64,000 nucleotides of DNA from the human T2T-CHM13v2.0 reference genome, Homo sapiens. The translations under genes and the position numbers were made by a program. The stretch lies in assembly GCF_009914755.1 (NCBI RefSeq), contig NC_060942.1. One strand, written 5' to 3'. A model generated the notes under the pieces. That model saw only the letters and a list, made by a program, of their open reading frames with translations, had not been told where the DNA came from and ran no database searches. Of the stretch, positions 1-11,959 are shown one piece after another. Every line of letters begins with the position of its first letter. Position 1 is the stretch's first letter.

Positions 1-145
1 TACGTGTACAGGATGTGCAGGTTTGTTACATAGGTAAACGTGTGCATGGTGGTTTGCTGCACCTATCAACCCATCACCTAGGTATTAAGCCCAGCATGCA
101 TTAGCTATTTATCCTGATGCTCTCTCCCTCCCCCAATCCCTGACT
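1..145 (-). mobile_element. L1PA (older primate L1) 3' UTR fragment, antisense
   Basis: Matches the reverse-complemented L1PA 3' end (gtgcaggtttgttacataggtaaac...ggtggtttgctgcacctatcaacccatcacctaggtattaagccc...cctgatgctctccctccccc); continues off the window start. Confidence 0.85.
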
Positions 146-285
146 CCTAACTTTTAAAAATGTCTCATTCCTTCTCTCTAGAAAAGTATCGGGACTTTCT
201 TTTATTCTTTTGCCTCCTTTAAAGGCACACAAGGAGTTCTCTCCTCTCTATAGTCATGATCATTGTAGAGACTTTTCAGTCTACG

Positions 286-326
286 CAGGCTTCCTTTCAA
301 CACAGGCTTCCTTTCAACACAGGCTT
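286..326. repeat. 17-bp tandem duplication (caggcttcctttcaaca x2 + partial)
   Basis: Direct repeats at 286-302 and 303-319, plus caggctt at 320-326. Confidence 0.9.
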
Positions 327-620
327 TTCTAAAGAGTAATTATATAGCAAGAAACCAGGATTTGGTACAGACTACAATACTCACACATGCCCACATCATT
401 TGGAGGAGGGCATTCATATCCCAATGAAGGAACATTTTTTTAAAAACTAGGAGTGGTGATCTGGGACTCAATGTAATAGGCGATTGCTTGTATTAGCTGT
501 TTTTTTCTTTTTTAAATAAAGCTGATTTCTAACAAATATTTGAAAGGTATTTAGATAATTTGTAGATGAGCAAGTGATAATTTTTCTGTGAGCAAGAATG
601 ACTTTCCCTGTTTTAAACGT

Positions 621-780
621 GTCGCGTTTCTTATTATATTGGAAAGTGGGAGTGGGGAGTTAGAAGTATAGAGGATAATAGAAGAAAGTATTATAGTCAG
701 GTCGCGTTTCTTATTATATTGGAAAGTGGGAGTGGGGAGTTAGAAGTATAGAGGATAATAGAAGAAAGTATTATAGTCAG
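621..780. repeat. Perfect 80-bp tandem duplication
   Basis: 621-700 and 701-780 are identical (gtcgcgtttc...ttatagtcag). Confidence 0.97.
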
Positions 781-1669
781 GGAAGAATGGGACACTACCC
801 TGGGTTTATATCACTGATCACTGAGGACGTAAATTCACAATTTCGTGTGGCAGGTTGTATTTTCTTGTTCTCCCTACTTTGTGAGGAGCATTTGCTATTA
901 TACGTTACAATGATACGGAGGAACAGGTAGGAGAGGAACAAAAAAGCATTTAGGCAAAACAGAGACATTTCATACTACTTAGAACAGAGATGGGATGATA
1001 CAAATTGCTATGTTCCCAATACAGTTCATATCTTTGGGGAAAAAATAGCGATGCTCCAATCTTCATCCCATCCCCCTCTTTCTCTAACAAGAAAAGGAAA
1101 ACGAGGAGCAGTAGGTAGGTAGGAGGGGAGTGTATGACGTGAGGAACAGGCAAGGACACAGCATGTCCAGGAGGAGAAAAGGGGAGCAAAAAACGTATAC
1201 AAGATAAACAACAACAACAACAAAAGAGACTCCAGCAAGAGGCTATGGTTTTGGGCTCCTCACGTAGAAATCAATGCATTTAAAATATCCAGAATTAAAG
1301 TTGAAGAAGAACACTCCATCTACCTCTTCTCAAATTATTTTCTTTACCAATACTACTTCCTTTTGTCTTTAAACTGTGAACCACTACTCTACTGTGCCTT
1401 GTTCTTACAATTATACACGTCAGTGCTGAAAGGTTCCTGGGAGACATTTCCTGTAGACTAAGGATAGCACCTGTGGGCATCTCGGATCGATGAATCATGG
1501 TGGCTGGAGCACTGCATTGAGACTGGTTCAGGGGCTCAGTCTGTTCTCAATGGGTAGGGTGATGGAATCCATCAATGCTGGGATTGGCTAATGCTGTCTT
1601 CCACAGGTTTGGGGTGGGAGGAGTTGTAGGGAGAGCCGCCCAAGTGGTGCCATCCATGCTAAGAGACTG

Positions 1670-1740
1670 AGACTCTCATTTACGAGGAGGTTCAGAGACA
1701 TTAATCAATTTGCCAAAAGGCACACAGCTACTTAGTATTT
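1670..1740 (-). mobile_element. MIR fragment
   Basis: Degenerate reverse MIR core (ttcagagacattaatcaatttgccaaaaggcacacagcta). Confidence 0.55.
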
Positions 1741-3187
1741 TTCCAAATTTAAATTTAAATTTTTCCAATTTATCTAAAACAAACAAACAAACAAAGGTTC
1801 AGGGCCAGGGGGAAAAATGAAGATTAAGAGGATTAACCATCCTGAAAATGAAAAATGATTTGCCTTCAAGGCATTTAGAACTGAAAATAAATCTTCCTGA
1901 AGCCTTTTGTTAGACACTTTATCAAAATTGCTAGGAGCTCTGACTGGCTCTCTTGCAACAGCCTGGAATCCTTCTCCCCAGTTTCAGAGGAGTTTCAAAA
2001 TCTGTAATATTATAGACTGACTATTTCTTCCAGGGGGAGAATTTTTCTTAGTGCTTGGATAAAGAGATGAAGTATTAAGACACTTTAAACTATTATTCAT
2101 GTAGGATTAACAGATATTTGAATTTAACTTCAGAATCTTTTAAATGACACCCCACTTAATATAATTTTTAAAAAGTTCTTTCTGCAGTGTATCAAATAAA
2201 AGTCCCAGATGGGATTTGGACTTGGTTTTAACTAATCATGGTAGCAGGCAGTAGTCTCAGTTCTAGAATAAATGGCACTCCAAGTAAGAGACTTAAGTTC
2301 TTCATCAGTGCCAGGCTGCAACAACATGCTTTGAGGGAACTCTGGCCCCTAAATGTCTCCTCTACTTGCCTGGAAATTTACTATTAAACATTCAGAATTT
2401 TTTTGAAAATGCTAATATTCTTGGGTGATACGCCATTTCAAATTTATTGTTAGCTAATAAGTAAGGAAGAAGGAAAAGCTAGTGATGAGGTGGAGTGATT
2501 TGTTAATAGCTGTGGGATAAGAGAAGAGAGTGACCGAAATAATAGTTTTCCAAGAGTAGCTACAGGAGGGGTTTTGCTGGCCCAAAGATGGACTTCATTG
2601 TCTCAAAACTACTCCTAACACCAGAATGTTTAACTGACCTTAGGCCTTATATGTCTGAGGACCCAATAACTAACACTAAGCAGCTGATGAAAAACCACCC
2701 ACATAAATAAACCCTCAAGATGCCTTCGGAAAATAGAAAAGAAAAGAGAAAAACAATGTAAGAAAGTGTAGGAGTGCCTTCTCTTCAACATTTCTGAGAG
2801 AAGATGGGAGTTGAAAACCTTAAACAAAATGTTGCCCCAATCTCACTTGCCTAATTTTAGTTATCTTGGTTCAGGGCTATGATTCATCCCTAAAGCTGTG
2901 AATTACTGAGGAGGAAGGAGGGAAAAAAAAATCGACTTAAATGTCAAAGAAGTAGGAACATAAATATAGTTTTCTTTTTTGAGGAACTAGAATTCCAGGA
3001 TATAGGGATCTTTTTTCTCATAAGGGACTGAATCCTTCAAACTTCTAGAAAAATAATGATCTGCAGTCAAAACATCATCAAGGAATGAAAGACAGAATTG
3101 ATTATGAGTCATGTCATGTCTGAATTTTTGCCTCTATAGTGTATTTTCCTTTTTTTCTTTTGTATCTCTTTCAATCTGGTTAAACTA

Positions 3188-3489
3188 TTAATTAATTAAT
3201 TAATTTTGAGACAGGGTCTCTCTCTGTTGCCCAGGCTGGGGTGCAATGGCTCAATCATGGCTCACTGCAGCCTTGACTTCCTGGGTTCAAATGATCCTCC
3301 CACCTCAGCCTCCCGAGTAGCTGGGACTACAGGTGTACGCCGCCACACCCAGCTAATTTTTGTAGTTTTTGTAGAGACAAGGTTTTGCCATGTTGCCCAG
3401 GCTGGTCTCGAACTCCTGGGCCCAAGCAATCTGCCCACCTTGGCCTCCCAAAGTGCTGGGATTACAGGTGTAAGCCACCGTGCCAGGCC
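3188..3489 (-). mobile_element. AluJ-type element with (ATTA)n-converted tail
   Basis: Full antisense dimeric Alu; perfect 15-bp TSD aatctggttaaacta at 3173-3187 and 3490-3504. Confidence 0.95.
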
Positions 3490-3700
3490 AATCTGGTTAA
3501 ACTAGAGGTCACTAACAATTGTATGCAGTTGAAGATGACGGAGGTTTAATGTGTAGACTGTAATGACAAAGGGAACTCATAAAATAGGTGAGTGTGAAAC
3601 GAATGGAGGTAAGTGGAACTATGAGAAATGATTCTAGGGGATGTGATGGTAGCACAGGGAAGGAAGATATGTTTGAATGGTTGTCTAAGGTTCTCTTGTG

Positions 3701-3804
3701 ATCCTTTTGTGGATCATAATCATAATGATTGAGTTTTCACAGTAATATATGAGATGTGCTTCCTTCAAACCTTGTTATGATGTTGGCACACTATCCGTCT
3801 TACA
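3701..3804 (+). pseudogene. SNORD13: U13 box C/D snoRNA retropseudogene (snoU13 copy)
   Basis: Colinear over 104 nt with recalled human U13 (ATCCTTTTGTAGTTCATGAG...AACCTTGTTACGACGTGGGCACATTACCCGTCTGACC); box C and box D are mutated; A-rich tail at 3805-3822; TSD aaggttctctt (3687-3697) / aaagttctctt (3820-3830). Confidence 0.88.
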
Positions 3805-4785
3805 TAAACATAGGAAAAAAAAGTTCTCTTTCCTGCCAAAGAACAGGGGACAACAGAAATGGTGTGGGGAAACTCCATCCTAAGTAAAATGTTTTCAATT
3901 TAGTAGGTGTTCTCCTGTCCATTTATCACCACTTTGAATTTCTGTAAGTGGGGAGGGATGAAATAGCAGTCACTAACTCATACCCAGTTCAACAACTTCA
4001 CCGTCTGAAGGAGCTGACCCTCTACCATCAGCCTAGCTGTCATCTGCATGTTTGCCTCTTTCTGCTCTGAAAACTTCTGAGCAGTAAAAGAAATATATGG
4101 TGGTCACAAAAATACGGTCCAGGACGTTGGAGGAGGGTCATATTGTGAAGAAGGCAAATGAGAAAGAAAGAGTTTCAATGACTTCAGAGTGATCCTCCAC
4201 ATCCTGAAGCTATGAGAGTAGCCCAGGGCACAATTGTGACATTGATTTCAGCCCCTACCCTCTAGCCCTGTCCTCAGTCTCCTCAGAGCACTCTTCTCAT
4301 CTTCCTCATGGCTCTACATCTTTCTGTTCTCCTCTTACCTGGGTATTGCTGTGGACAAGAGCAATTCCTCTATCTTATCACCCAAGACCCAAAGTGTCAC
4401 TCAGTGAATGTGACCAATGCATCTTGATGACAACCTAACGGGATACTTAGGAGGTGGAAAGGACTCTGGAGGTTGCCGGTTTAAGTGACTTTCTTGCCCA
4501 TTGCAATCCTTTTCTTGCATCTTCTGGAAGATGTTAACCCTATGGCCATGACTACCTAACATTGTGTCTAGTGGAGAGATATTTTAAGGTCCATAGAAGA
4601 ATTTTTTTTTCAGAAGGGTCCTTGGCCTCCCTCATTTCATGTCACCTTGGTCCACTGCCTTTCTTACAAATCCAGTTCTTCTAATTTAATTTTCTGAGCT
4701 TCTGCTAGGCGCGCCAAAGTGCAATGAAGACTTGTTTCTGTTTTTTATTTCCACGAATTTTTTTTTTTTTTACCTTGTGTGGCAA

Positions 4786-4942
4786 TGTTTTGGGTCCAAT
4801 TCTGTTCTCCAAATAGATATATTGAAGTCCTAACTCCTACTATCGGTGAATGTGACCTTATCTGGAAATAGAGTCTTTGTAGATCTAATCAAGCCACCAA
4901 GTTTGTGGTAGTTTGTTCTGATGATTCTTGAAAAGTAACACA
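4786..4942 (+). mobile_element. MLT1 (MaLR) solo LTR with large internal deletion
   Basis: The MLT1 5' part (gatatattgaagtcctaac...gtgaatgtgaccttatctggaaatagagtctttgtagat) is fused to the MLT1 3' end (aagccaccaagtttgtggtagtttgtt...aagtaacaca). Confidence 0.7.
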
Positions 4943-5529
4943 TGTAGTAATAAAGGCAAAGAGGAAGGGCAACTGGAAGCCAAAGAAAGAAGGAAGAGGT
5001 TTTTTTCTTGGCTTAATTTACTGATGCACTGGTATTAATTTTTGATTAAAATGATCCAGAATTGTTCCACATGAACCCTTGAAAAATAATTCATGGGAGG
5101 CCGTCTCTGTCCGGATCTTTAAAATACAACATACTCTGCTATTTAAATAAATTCCCATCGCACAATAGTCAGCTGTTTTTCAGTGCTCTTGATTAACAAT
5201 TGGGTTTGTTTTCCTTAACTCGACTGCTTTGATTTTTTGTTTTATTTTGCCTTTTAATATTTTATTTAGTAACATAAATGCATGAATAGTAATGTTCATT
5301 TCATCAAAATATGGAATCAAAGGCACTTAAAAATACGAATTATCCGTAATATATTTTTCAGGTCCAAATGGAATTCTATCTATTTCTACATTCCAAGACT
5401 CTAAAGAATTTACTCTCTATAAACAGCATTTAGAATGAAATCAGGTCTTGCTTAAAATAATCAATCTCAGTGGTTTCCTGCGTAGCGCTATTCTTTGTTT
5501 ACAAACAGCACAAATACAGTTAAGGACTA

Positions 5530-5868
5530 CAGTCATATGCTGCACAACGACATTTCAGTTAATGATGCATATAATATGGTTGTCCCATAAGATTATAATA
5601 CTGTGTTTTTACTGTATTTTTCTATGTTTGGATATATTTACATAAACAAATACTTACCATTGTGTGAGAGTCGCCCACAGCATTCAGTACAGTAATTTGC
5701 TGTATAGGTTTGCAACTTAGGAGCAATAGGCCACTCCATATAGCCTAAGTGTGTAATAGGCTAGACCATCTAAGTTTTTGTAAGTGTACTCTATGATGTG
5801 TGCACAGTGAAATCGCTTAATGATGCATTTCTCAGAATGTAGCTCCATCCTTAAATGATGTATGACTA
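5530..5868 (+). mobile_element. Tigger3a (MER7A/GOLEM_A) non-autonomous DNA transposon
   Basis: TIRs cagtcatatg...tatgacta flanked by TA; internal gtcccataagattataatac, tacttaccattgtg and taggagcaatagg motifs. Confidence 0.85.
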
Positions 5869-6145
5869 TATTTATATTTGCAAAACAAAACCTTTTTAAG
5901 GCCTTCAATTGTAATACATATCGAGTGCCCAAATTTAAAAATGTATGTCAAGAACCTTCACATATCCAATTTTAAAGCACGGTCACACTCTATAAGCTTC
6001 TCTAAGACAATCTCTTCTATTATGTTACTCAATTATCTGAAAAATTCAAGAGTCTTAAGAAAAAGTTCTTGTGTGTACTTCGTGCCTGAGCAAACGTTCA
6101 AGAATTGGGATACATGTATATTCTCATTGACCAGAAATTTTAATC

Positions 6146-6197
6146 CTTTTCAGAAGCCATTCTGGATTCTTTTAAATCCAGAATGGCTTCTGAAAAG
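6146..6197. repeat. Perfect 23-bp inverted repeat (6-nt loop)
   Basis: cttttcagaagccattctggatt (6146-6168) / ctttta / aatccagaatggcttctgaaaag (6175-6197). Confidence 0.95.
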
Positions 6198-6744
6198 ATG
6201 GGATTTCTTCTGCTTCTTAGAGATGAGGGGTTCAGCTTATGATCAATGCAGAACACATCTGTTGCCTCTCTCTACAAAGGGACTGGGGTACGGACGTCAG
6301 ATCTAAAGTCACAATCAATGTACTGCACTGCTCCACCTGTAGGATGTTTCTGCCCCACTTACTCTAGGAGACACACCATCTGAGCCTCGGTGATAATACA
6401 AGCACCTGGACTATCGCAAGTGCAGGGTTAGGACTACTCACTTGAGTGTGGTGAGTTCTGTAAGGGATGGCTGAGTAGCCTTGAGATAGCTTTCTCTCCG
6501 CGCAGCAACTTTTGGAGAAGGCTTAGGACTCGTGTCTGAGTCTCCACTGTCTTCATCCCCCATGGCCTTGATATAACTGCCACTCCGCATTCTTCGGCAT
6601 GGAATTTCATCATCTTTACCTCGTGGGGTGTACCCTGTCCATTCATCTTGTGGAACCTATTCAGATAGAAAACAGATAAATCACTTTTTATAAAAGCCTA
6701 CCTTTTTCTTTTCTTTTTCTTTTTTTTTAGATTTAACATTTCTA

Positions 6745-7024
6745 TTTTTTTTTTTTTTTTTTTGAGATGGGGTCTTGCTTTGTCGCCCAGACTGGAGTGC
6801 AGTGGTGCAATCTTGGCTCACTGCAAGCTCTGCTTCCTGGGTTCATGCCGTTCTCCTGCCTCAGCCTCCTGAGTAGCTGGGACTACAGGCACCTGCCACC
6901 ACGCCTGGCTAATTATTTGTATTTTCAGTAGAGACGGGGTTTCACCGTGTTAGCCAGGATGGTCTTAATCTCCTGACCTCGTGATCTGCCCGCCTCGGCC
7001 TCCCAAAGTGCTGGGATTACAGGC
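6745..7024 (-). mobile_element. AluY, slightly 5'-truncated
   Basis: AluY-type motifs (ctgcaagctc, gtgttagccaggatggtc); TSD taacatttcta at 6734-6744 and 7025-7035. Confidence 0.92.
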
Positions 7025-7218
7025 TAACATTTCTAATTTTTATGAGTACGTAGTAAGTGTATATATTTATAGAGTACATGAGCTATTTTGATACAAGCAT
7101 ACGATGTGTAATAATCACATCAGGGTAAATGGGGTATCCATCACCTCAAGCATTTGTCATTTCTTTGTGTTACAAACATTCCAATTATCGTCTTAGTTAT
7201 TTAAAAATGTATAAATAA
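7025..7218 (-). mobile_element. L1MA 3' end, antisense (T-rich tail at ~6703-6744 separated by the AluY)
   Basis: gtatatatttat...gtacatgagctattttgatacaagcat...aataatcacatcagggtaaatggggtatccatcacctcaagcattt is a typical reverse L1MA 3' terminus. Confidence 0.8.
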
Positions 7219-7589
7219 GACCAAGTATTTTCTTTTTTTGGTATGGTGCTGGATATTGGTAATATAATTATCTGAAACTTTAGACATTAACCTTTCAATA
7301 ACAATATTTTATTGTAATAGGCTCATAAATATTTTGAATATGTACAAATCCACGTCTCTCAGTCTTTAACATGACTCATGTAGTAGGATAAATTAAAACC
7401 ATTGGCTTTGAATCATTTGTACATCTCAGTTTTCTCATGCTGATAATAGTTGAGTCAGGCATAAGAATGCCATTTGAAAGGAGAGCAATTTTATTTGAGC
7501 TTTTCAGTGATTTGTTTTCAATTGCCATTTAAGATTCGGGAATGTTTACTGATTGATCTATGCCTTCCTTGAACCTTTCGACTTTACCA

Positions 7590-8130
7590 TCTCATATCCA
7601 GTCTGTCTTCTTCCTAAACCAGTGGTCTCTACCAGCTGCATTTACTCCCCAGTCACTTATTCTTTCTGAATCTTTCTTAATTTGGATTCAGCTTCCTTAG
7701 ATCTGCTTAAAGCACTCTCTAAAGGTTTCCAATGATCTCCTAATGGAAGATAATGGCATTTTCTTGCTTTTATTTTTTCTGGCCTGCACACCCGTGCACA
7801 CACATACACACAAATAACACCTCTTTGCAAGTTTCTCCCCTTTTGGCCTTCTGATTGCTTGACTTACCTGGTGTAGCTACTACTTGTCTGAATTGTTCCT
7901 TTCCTTTTGCTTTGCTGGATCCTACTCTAAGTCCCTAACTGTGGATACCACAACAAAATCATATTGTCAGTGCACTGCTCTTCTTTTTTCTTTCCACAGT
8001 CATTTTTTCTGAGTTCAGCAGAGCACTGCACTACGTTTTAGAAGCCATCTTCATGACTTTCTCTTCAGTTCCTCTTAGATTTTCCACTTCAACATGAACT
8101 CAACCTAGATCTCATTCCTTCTTCATTTTT
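7590..8130 (+). mobile_element. Degenerate L2 fragment
   Basis: gcactctctaaaggtttccaatgatctcctaat resembles the L2 ORF2 'ctcttgtcaaggtcaccaatgacctcc' region; pyrimidine-rich. Confidence 0.4.
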
Positions 8131-8489
8131 CATGACGTGAAAAAAAATGCATAATAACCACTCTTTTTATTCATTAAGAAGTAACATAGCAAACATACTA
8201 TAGTGGACAGAGCACTGCACAAGGCTTAAGTAAAAGAGACCAAAAAACGGGGAGGCTGGTTCTTGCCCTCAACATATTTATAACAGAGACGAGAAGAGAA
8301 ACGAGAGTTAGCAGTAATGGTGATGGGAAAGGAGGATCCAGGAAAGGCTCCCTGGAATTGGCCAGGTTTGCAATGAGAAAATAAAAAGGCTTTTAATATT
8401 TTGATGTTAACTATTTACTGCTTATCCATTAAATCAACATGGTACTTCATTATTAACATTTAACTGTGCTAAAAAAAAATTGCCTATAA

Positions 8490-8630
8490 GATCTCATTTC
8501 ATCAATACAACAACCTGTGCATATTTTTCTGTTTTTCTCAGGTGAGAAGCAGGAGCTCAGAGAAGGTGAGTAACTTGCCAAAGGACACACAGCTAAAACG
8601 GCAGCACTAGGGTTCGAGGTGTTTAACTCC
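8490..8630 (-). mobile_element. MIR
   Basis: gctcagagaaggtgagtaacttgccaaaggacacacagcta is the reverse MIR core. Confidence 0.75.
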
Positions 8631-8964
8631 TAAGATCAAAATTATATTAATCAAAATTTTATGATTTATGTCACTTTGAAACCTAAAGTGTTAAGAAAAT
8701 TGTCCACAATAGCACACACACATATCAGACACAGATTTCTAAATATTATAGGTTCTAAGGAAGTGAGAATAGATGTTCTACTAAAAGAGCATAATTCTTT
8801 CCTTTTTAATTGTTAATTCACCTGTATAACTGGAAAGTTTAGATCTAAGAACTTCAGATTGAAGAGATGCTACTATTCATGGTCTTGAAAACAGTGGTTT
8901 GTAGGTTCTAATTCTGAAAAGTACTAACCAAGATGAAGCATCACCCTGCAGCATGTTCATTTTA

Positions 8965-9187
8965 TTTAATAAATTCTTATATTGTGCTCCTGTGTGCAGG
9001 CACTGTTCTAAGTGCTTTTTAAATGTCAGCTCATTTGATCCACACAGCGGAGGGGTGGTATTATTATTATTCCCATTTTACAAATGAGGACACTAAAGTT
9101 ATGTAGCTCACTCAGAGTTACAGCTAAGAAGGGGCTGAGTTTCAATGAGGCAGTTCCTAGGGCCATATCTTGACCACTGTTTAATGC
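8965..9187 (-). mobile_element. MIR, near full length
   Basis: gtgcaggcactgttctaagtgcttt...ctcatttgatcc...tattcccattttacaaatgagga. Confidence 0.8.
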
Positions 9188-10720
9188 TCCTTGTCTTTCT
9201 AGGCTGTGCTTTGTGGCACCTGCAGAACTGAGCAATTATAGTCCCGGACACCTTTGTGCTCATCACATTTGATACACTTGTCATTTATTAATTATGCTAG
9301 TAACAATGTAATGTTTTTACTTTTGTAGGTAAAAGCATCAAAATCACCACAGCAACAAAGATTTCTCAGGAAATTATAAATGCTGAGAACAGTCTTGTTT
9401 TCCTTGCATTGGCAGGTGACTCACTGCATAGATATGATCATCTTCAGAGCCTCATTATAGGTTTAGCAATTACATTTTAAAAATTAACTTGGTACAGCTG
9501 AGGTCATAGATGATGCACACCACACTTGCTATTTCTCAATCCTGATGTGAAGTTCATAAGCATTGCTCTCTGGAGTATGTCAGAGACTAATGACAAACTG
9601 ATTAGCTCATATGGCTTATGCAACAAAACATGGCAAATTTTGTTCAGATATTTTTTTCAAAGTTAGTTTATGGTAGAAATTTGGGCTCATACTAGAAACA
9701 GTCTGTAACTGTTGTTTAGGGAACCAGCTGAGAAGTATTTAACCTGTGTATCTTTCAATTAATCTTACTTTTCAAATGATAGCAGCTAAGAAGTTATGTG
9801 GAAGTGACTTCCATTGGAGTGGAATTTGAATAGTAATACATTATTTATATACCTAAAGGTAGCATACAACAAGATTACACATAAAATAATACAGTAATCC
9901 ACTCTAGGGAAAGTGTAAAGACAGAAAATCGAGACTTTGGAGAAGAAAAACACAACTGCTGAACTGTAAGGGCCATTAACATCGATATAATCAAGTCAGT
10001 TTTTAGTTTTTGTTTCTTAAACCCTAAAGCAAAAGGGAGACATTGCTTAGGTAGATAGTTTTAGAAGAAAGCATATAAAGTGGTAAGCATACCAGGCCCA
10101 AAGAGTGAAATGTTACTGCCTTTTGATTGTAAAGAAAGGGAGAATTACATGGCTGCAGCTGCTATTGTGAGCTGGGCAGAGGTTGCTGTGTCTTTCCATT
10201 TCAGCTGCACAGAGAGAAAAGATTTAGGAAAATCCAAAGAAAAAGATAACCTTGCAGCTGTCTCTGAAAAGCCTGCGTTATTACTGTGGTGGCAGTTTCA
10301 GGAGCTGGAAGTCTTGGTAGAAGGAAAGCTGGAGCAGAGACAAAGAGTGCAGGTCCTCATTGATTTCAGGCTGGTGGGATGCCCTGCTTGTGTGCACCAG
10401 CTTAGGAGGGGGTTGGACTCAACAAACATAAACAAATAATAATAAAAGCAAACTAATACAGGTTAGATTTTATAGTAGTTATGGATGAGAAAAAAGGATT
10501 AATTGCTTTTTAATTATTATGTTTAAGCATTAGCACTCCAACAGAGATCTTAATTTTTGATGAAACAAAATGAGGATTAGTGTGCATTGTCTATTTCAGT
10601 GGTAGCCCGTCTATAACTGAAACCATATGTTATCATTCAGAAAACTGGAAGACCTGCCCTTGACTAAGAAATGGCCATAATCAAGTGCTAACATCCTCTA
10701 ATTACAGGATAGGGATGTAG

Positions 10721-11265
<545 letters not shown>

Positions 11266-11401
11266 AGGATGAGAATGCTTTCTGAATTGAAATGATGTCA
11301 CTGCACTGAAGGATGGGCTCTGCTGGAAGTGGAGTATCTTTTGGTGCTGACATTTCCCCCCACTTTAGGTTTTCCTAAACTCAGTTGAAAGAGGAACACA
11401 C

Positions 11402-11648
11402 GGCCGGACGCGGTGGCTCATGCCTGTAATTCCAGCACTTTGGGAGGCCGAGACGGGCAGATCATGAGGCAAGGAGTTCAAGTCCAGCCTGGCCAACATA
11501 TAAAACCCCGTCTCTACTAAAAATACAAAAAATTAGCCAGGCGTGATGGTGGGTGCCTGTAATCCCAGCTATTCAGGAGGCTGAAGCAGGAGAATCGCTT
11601 GAACCTGGGAGGCGGAGGTTGCAGTGAGCTGAGATCGTGCCACTGCGC
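11402..11648 (+). mobile_element. AluS (Sg-like) with its 3' end and poly-A missing
   Basis: Starts ggccggacgcggtggctca and stops at gagatcgtgccactgc with no A tail. Confidence 0.9.
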
Positions 11649-11817
11649 ATTTTACTGAATCTAAGATACTAATGCAATTGTCCCAACATTTTTTGTGTCA
11701 CTAAGAAAGAAATAAACATCATCAATAAATTCTGACACTCCATAGAATATATAATTTATCCCAATATCCAAAATGCTAAAACGTGTAAACTATGGCTCTT
11801 AGAATCAATTAAAAACC
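11647..11817 (-). mobile_element. MARNA-like (TcMar) DNA transposon relic
   Basis: Ends gcattttactgaatctaagat and tcttagaatcaattaaaa resemble MARNA TIRs (ccgtatttcatcgattctaaga). Confidence 0.5.
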
Positions 11818-11959
11818 TTTTAAAAATATGTATGAGAAGAAAAACAAGAAATGAATTTATTCTGGGATAGTAATTGTTGAACTTAATGTTCATATTTAGT
11901 AATGACCAAATTAATATAAGCAATTACATTTATCATGTCATGAGTTTGGAAAAAAACAT

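Noticed and set aside
3206-3505. 99-aa ORF, and similar ORFs at 10932, 10990, 20654, 26463, 29750, 29919, 40172, 47941, 48982, 52192 and 59193
   Set aside because: These are translations of Alu sequence (typical LSPRLECSG / [10 protein letters not shown] peptides), not genes.
5878-6306. 142-aa plus-strand ORF
   Set aside because: TTG start, no recognisable motif, and it runs through the inverted repeat; consistent with chance.
10080-10439. 119-aa plus-strand ORF
   Set aside because: GTG start, no recognisable homology and no clear exon boundaries.
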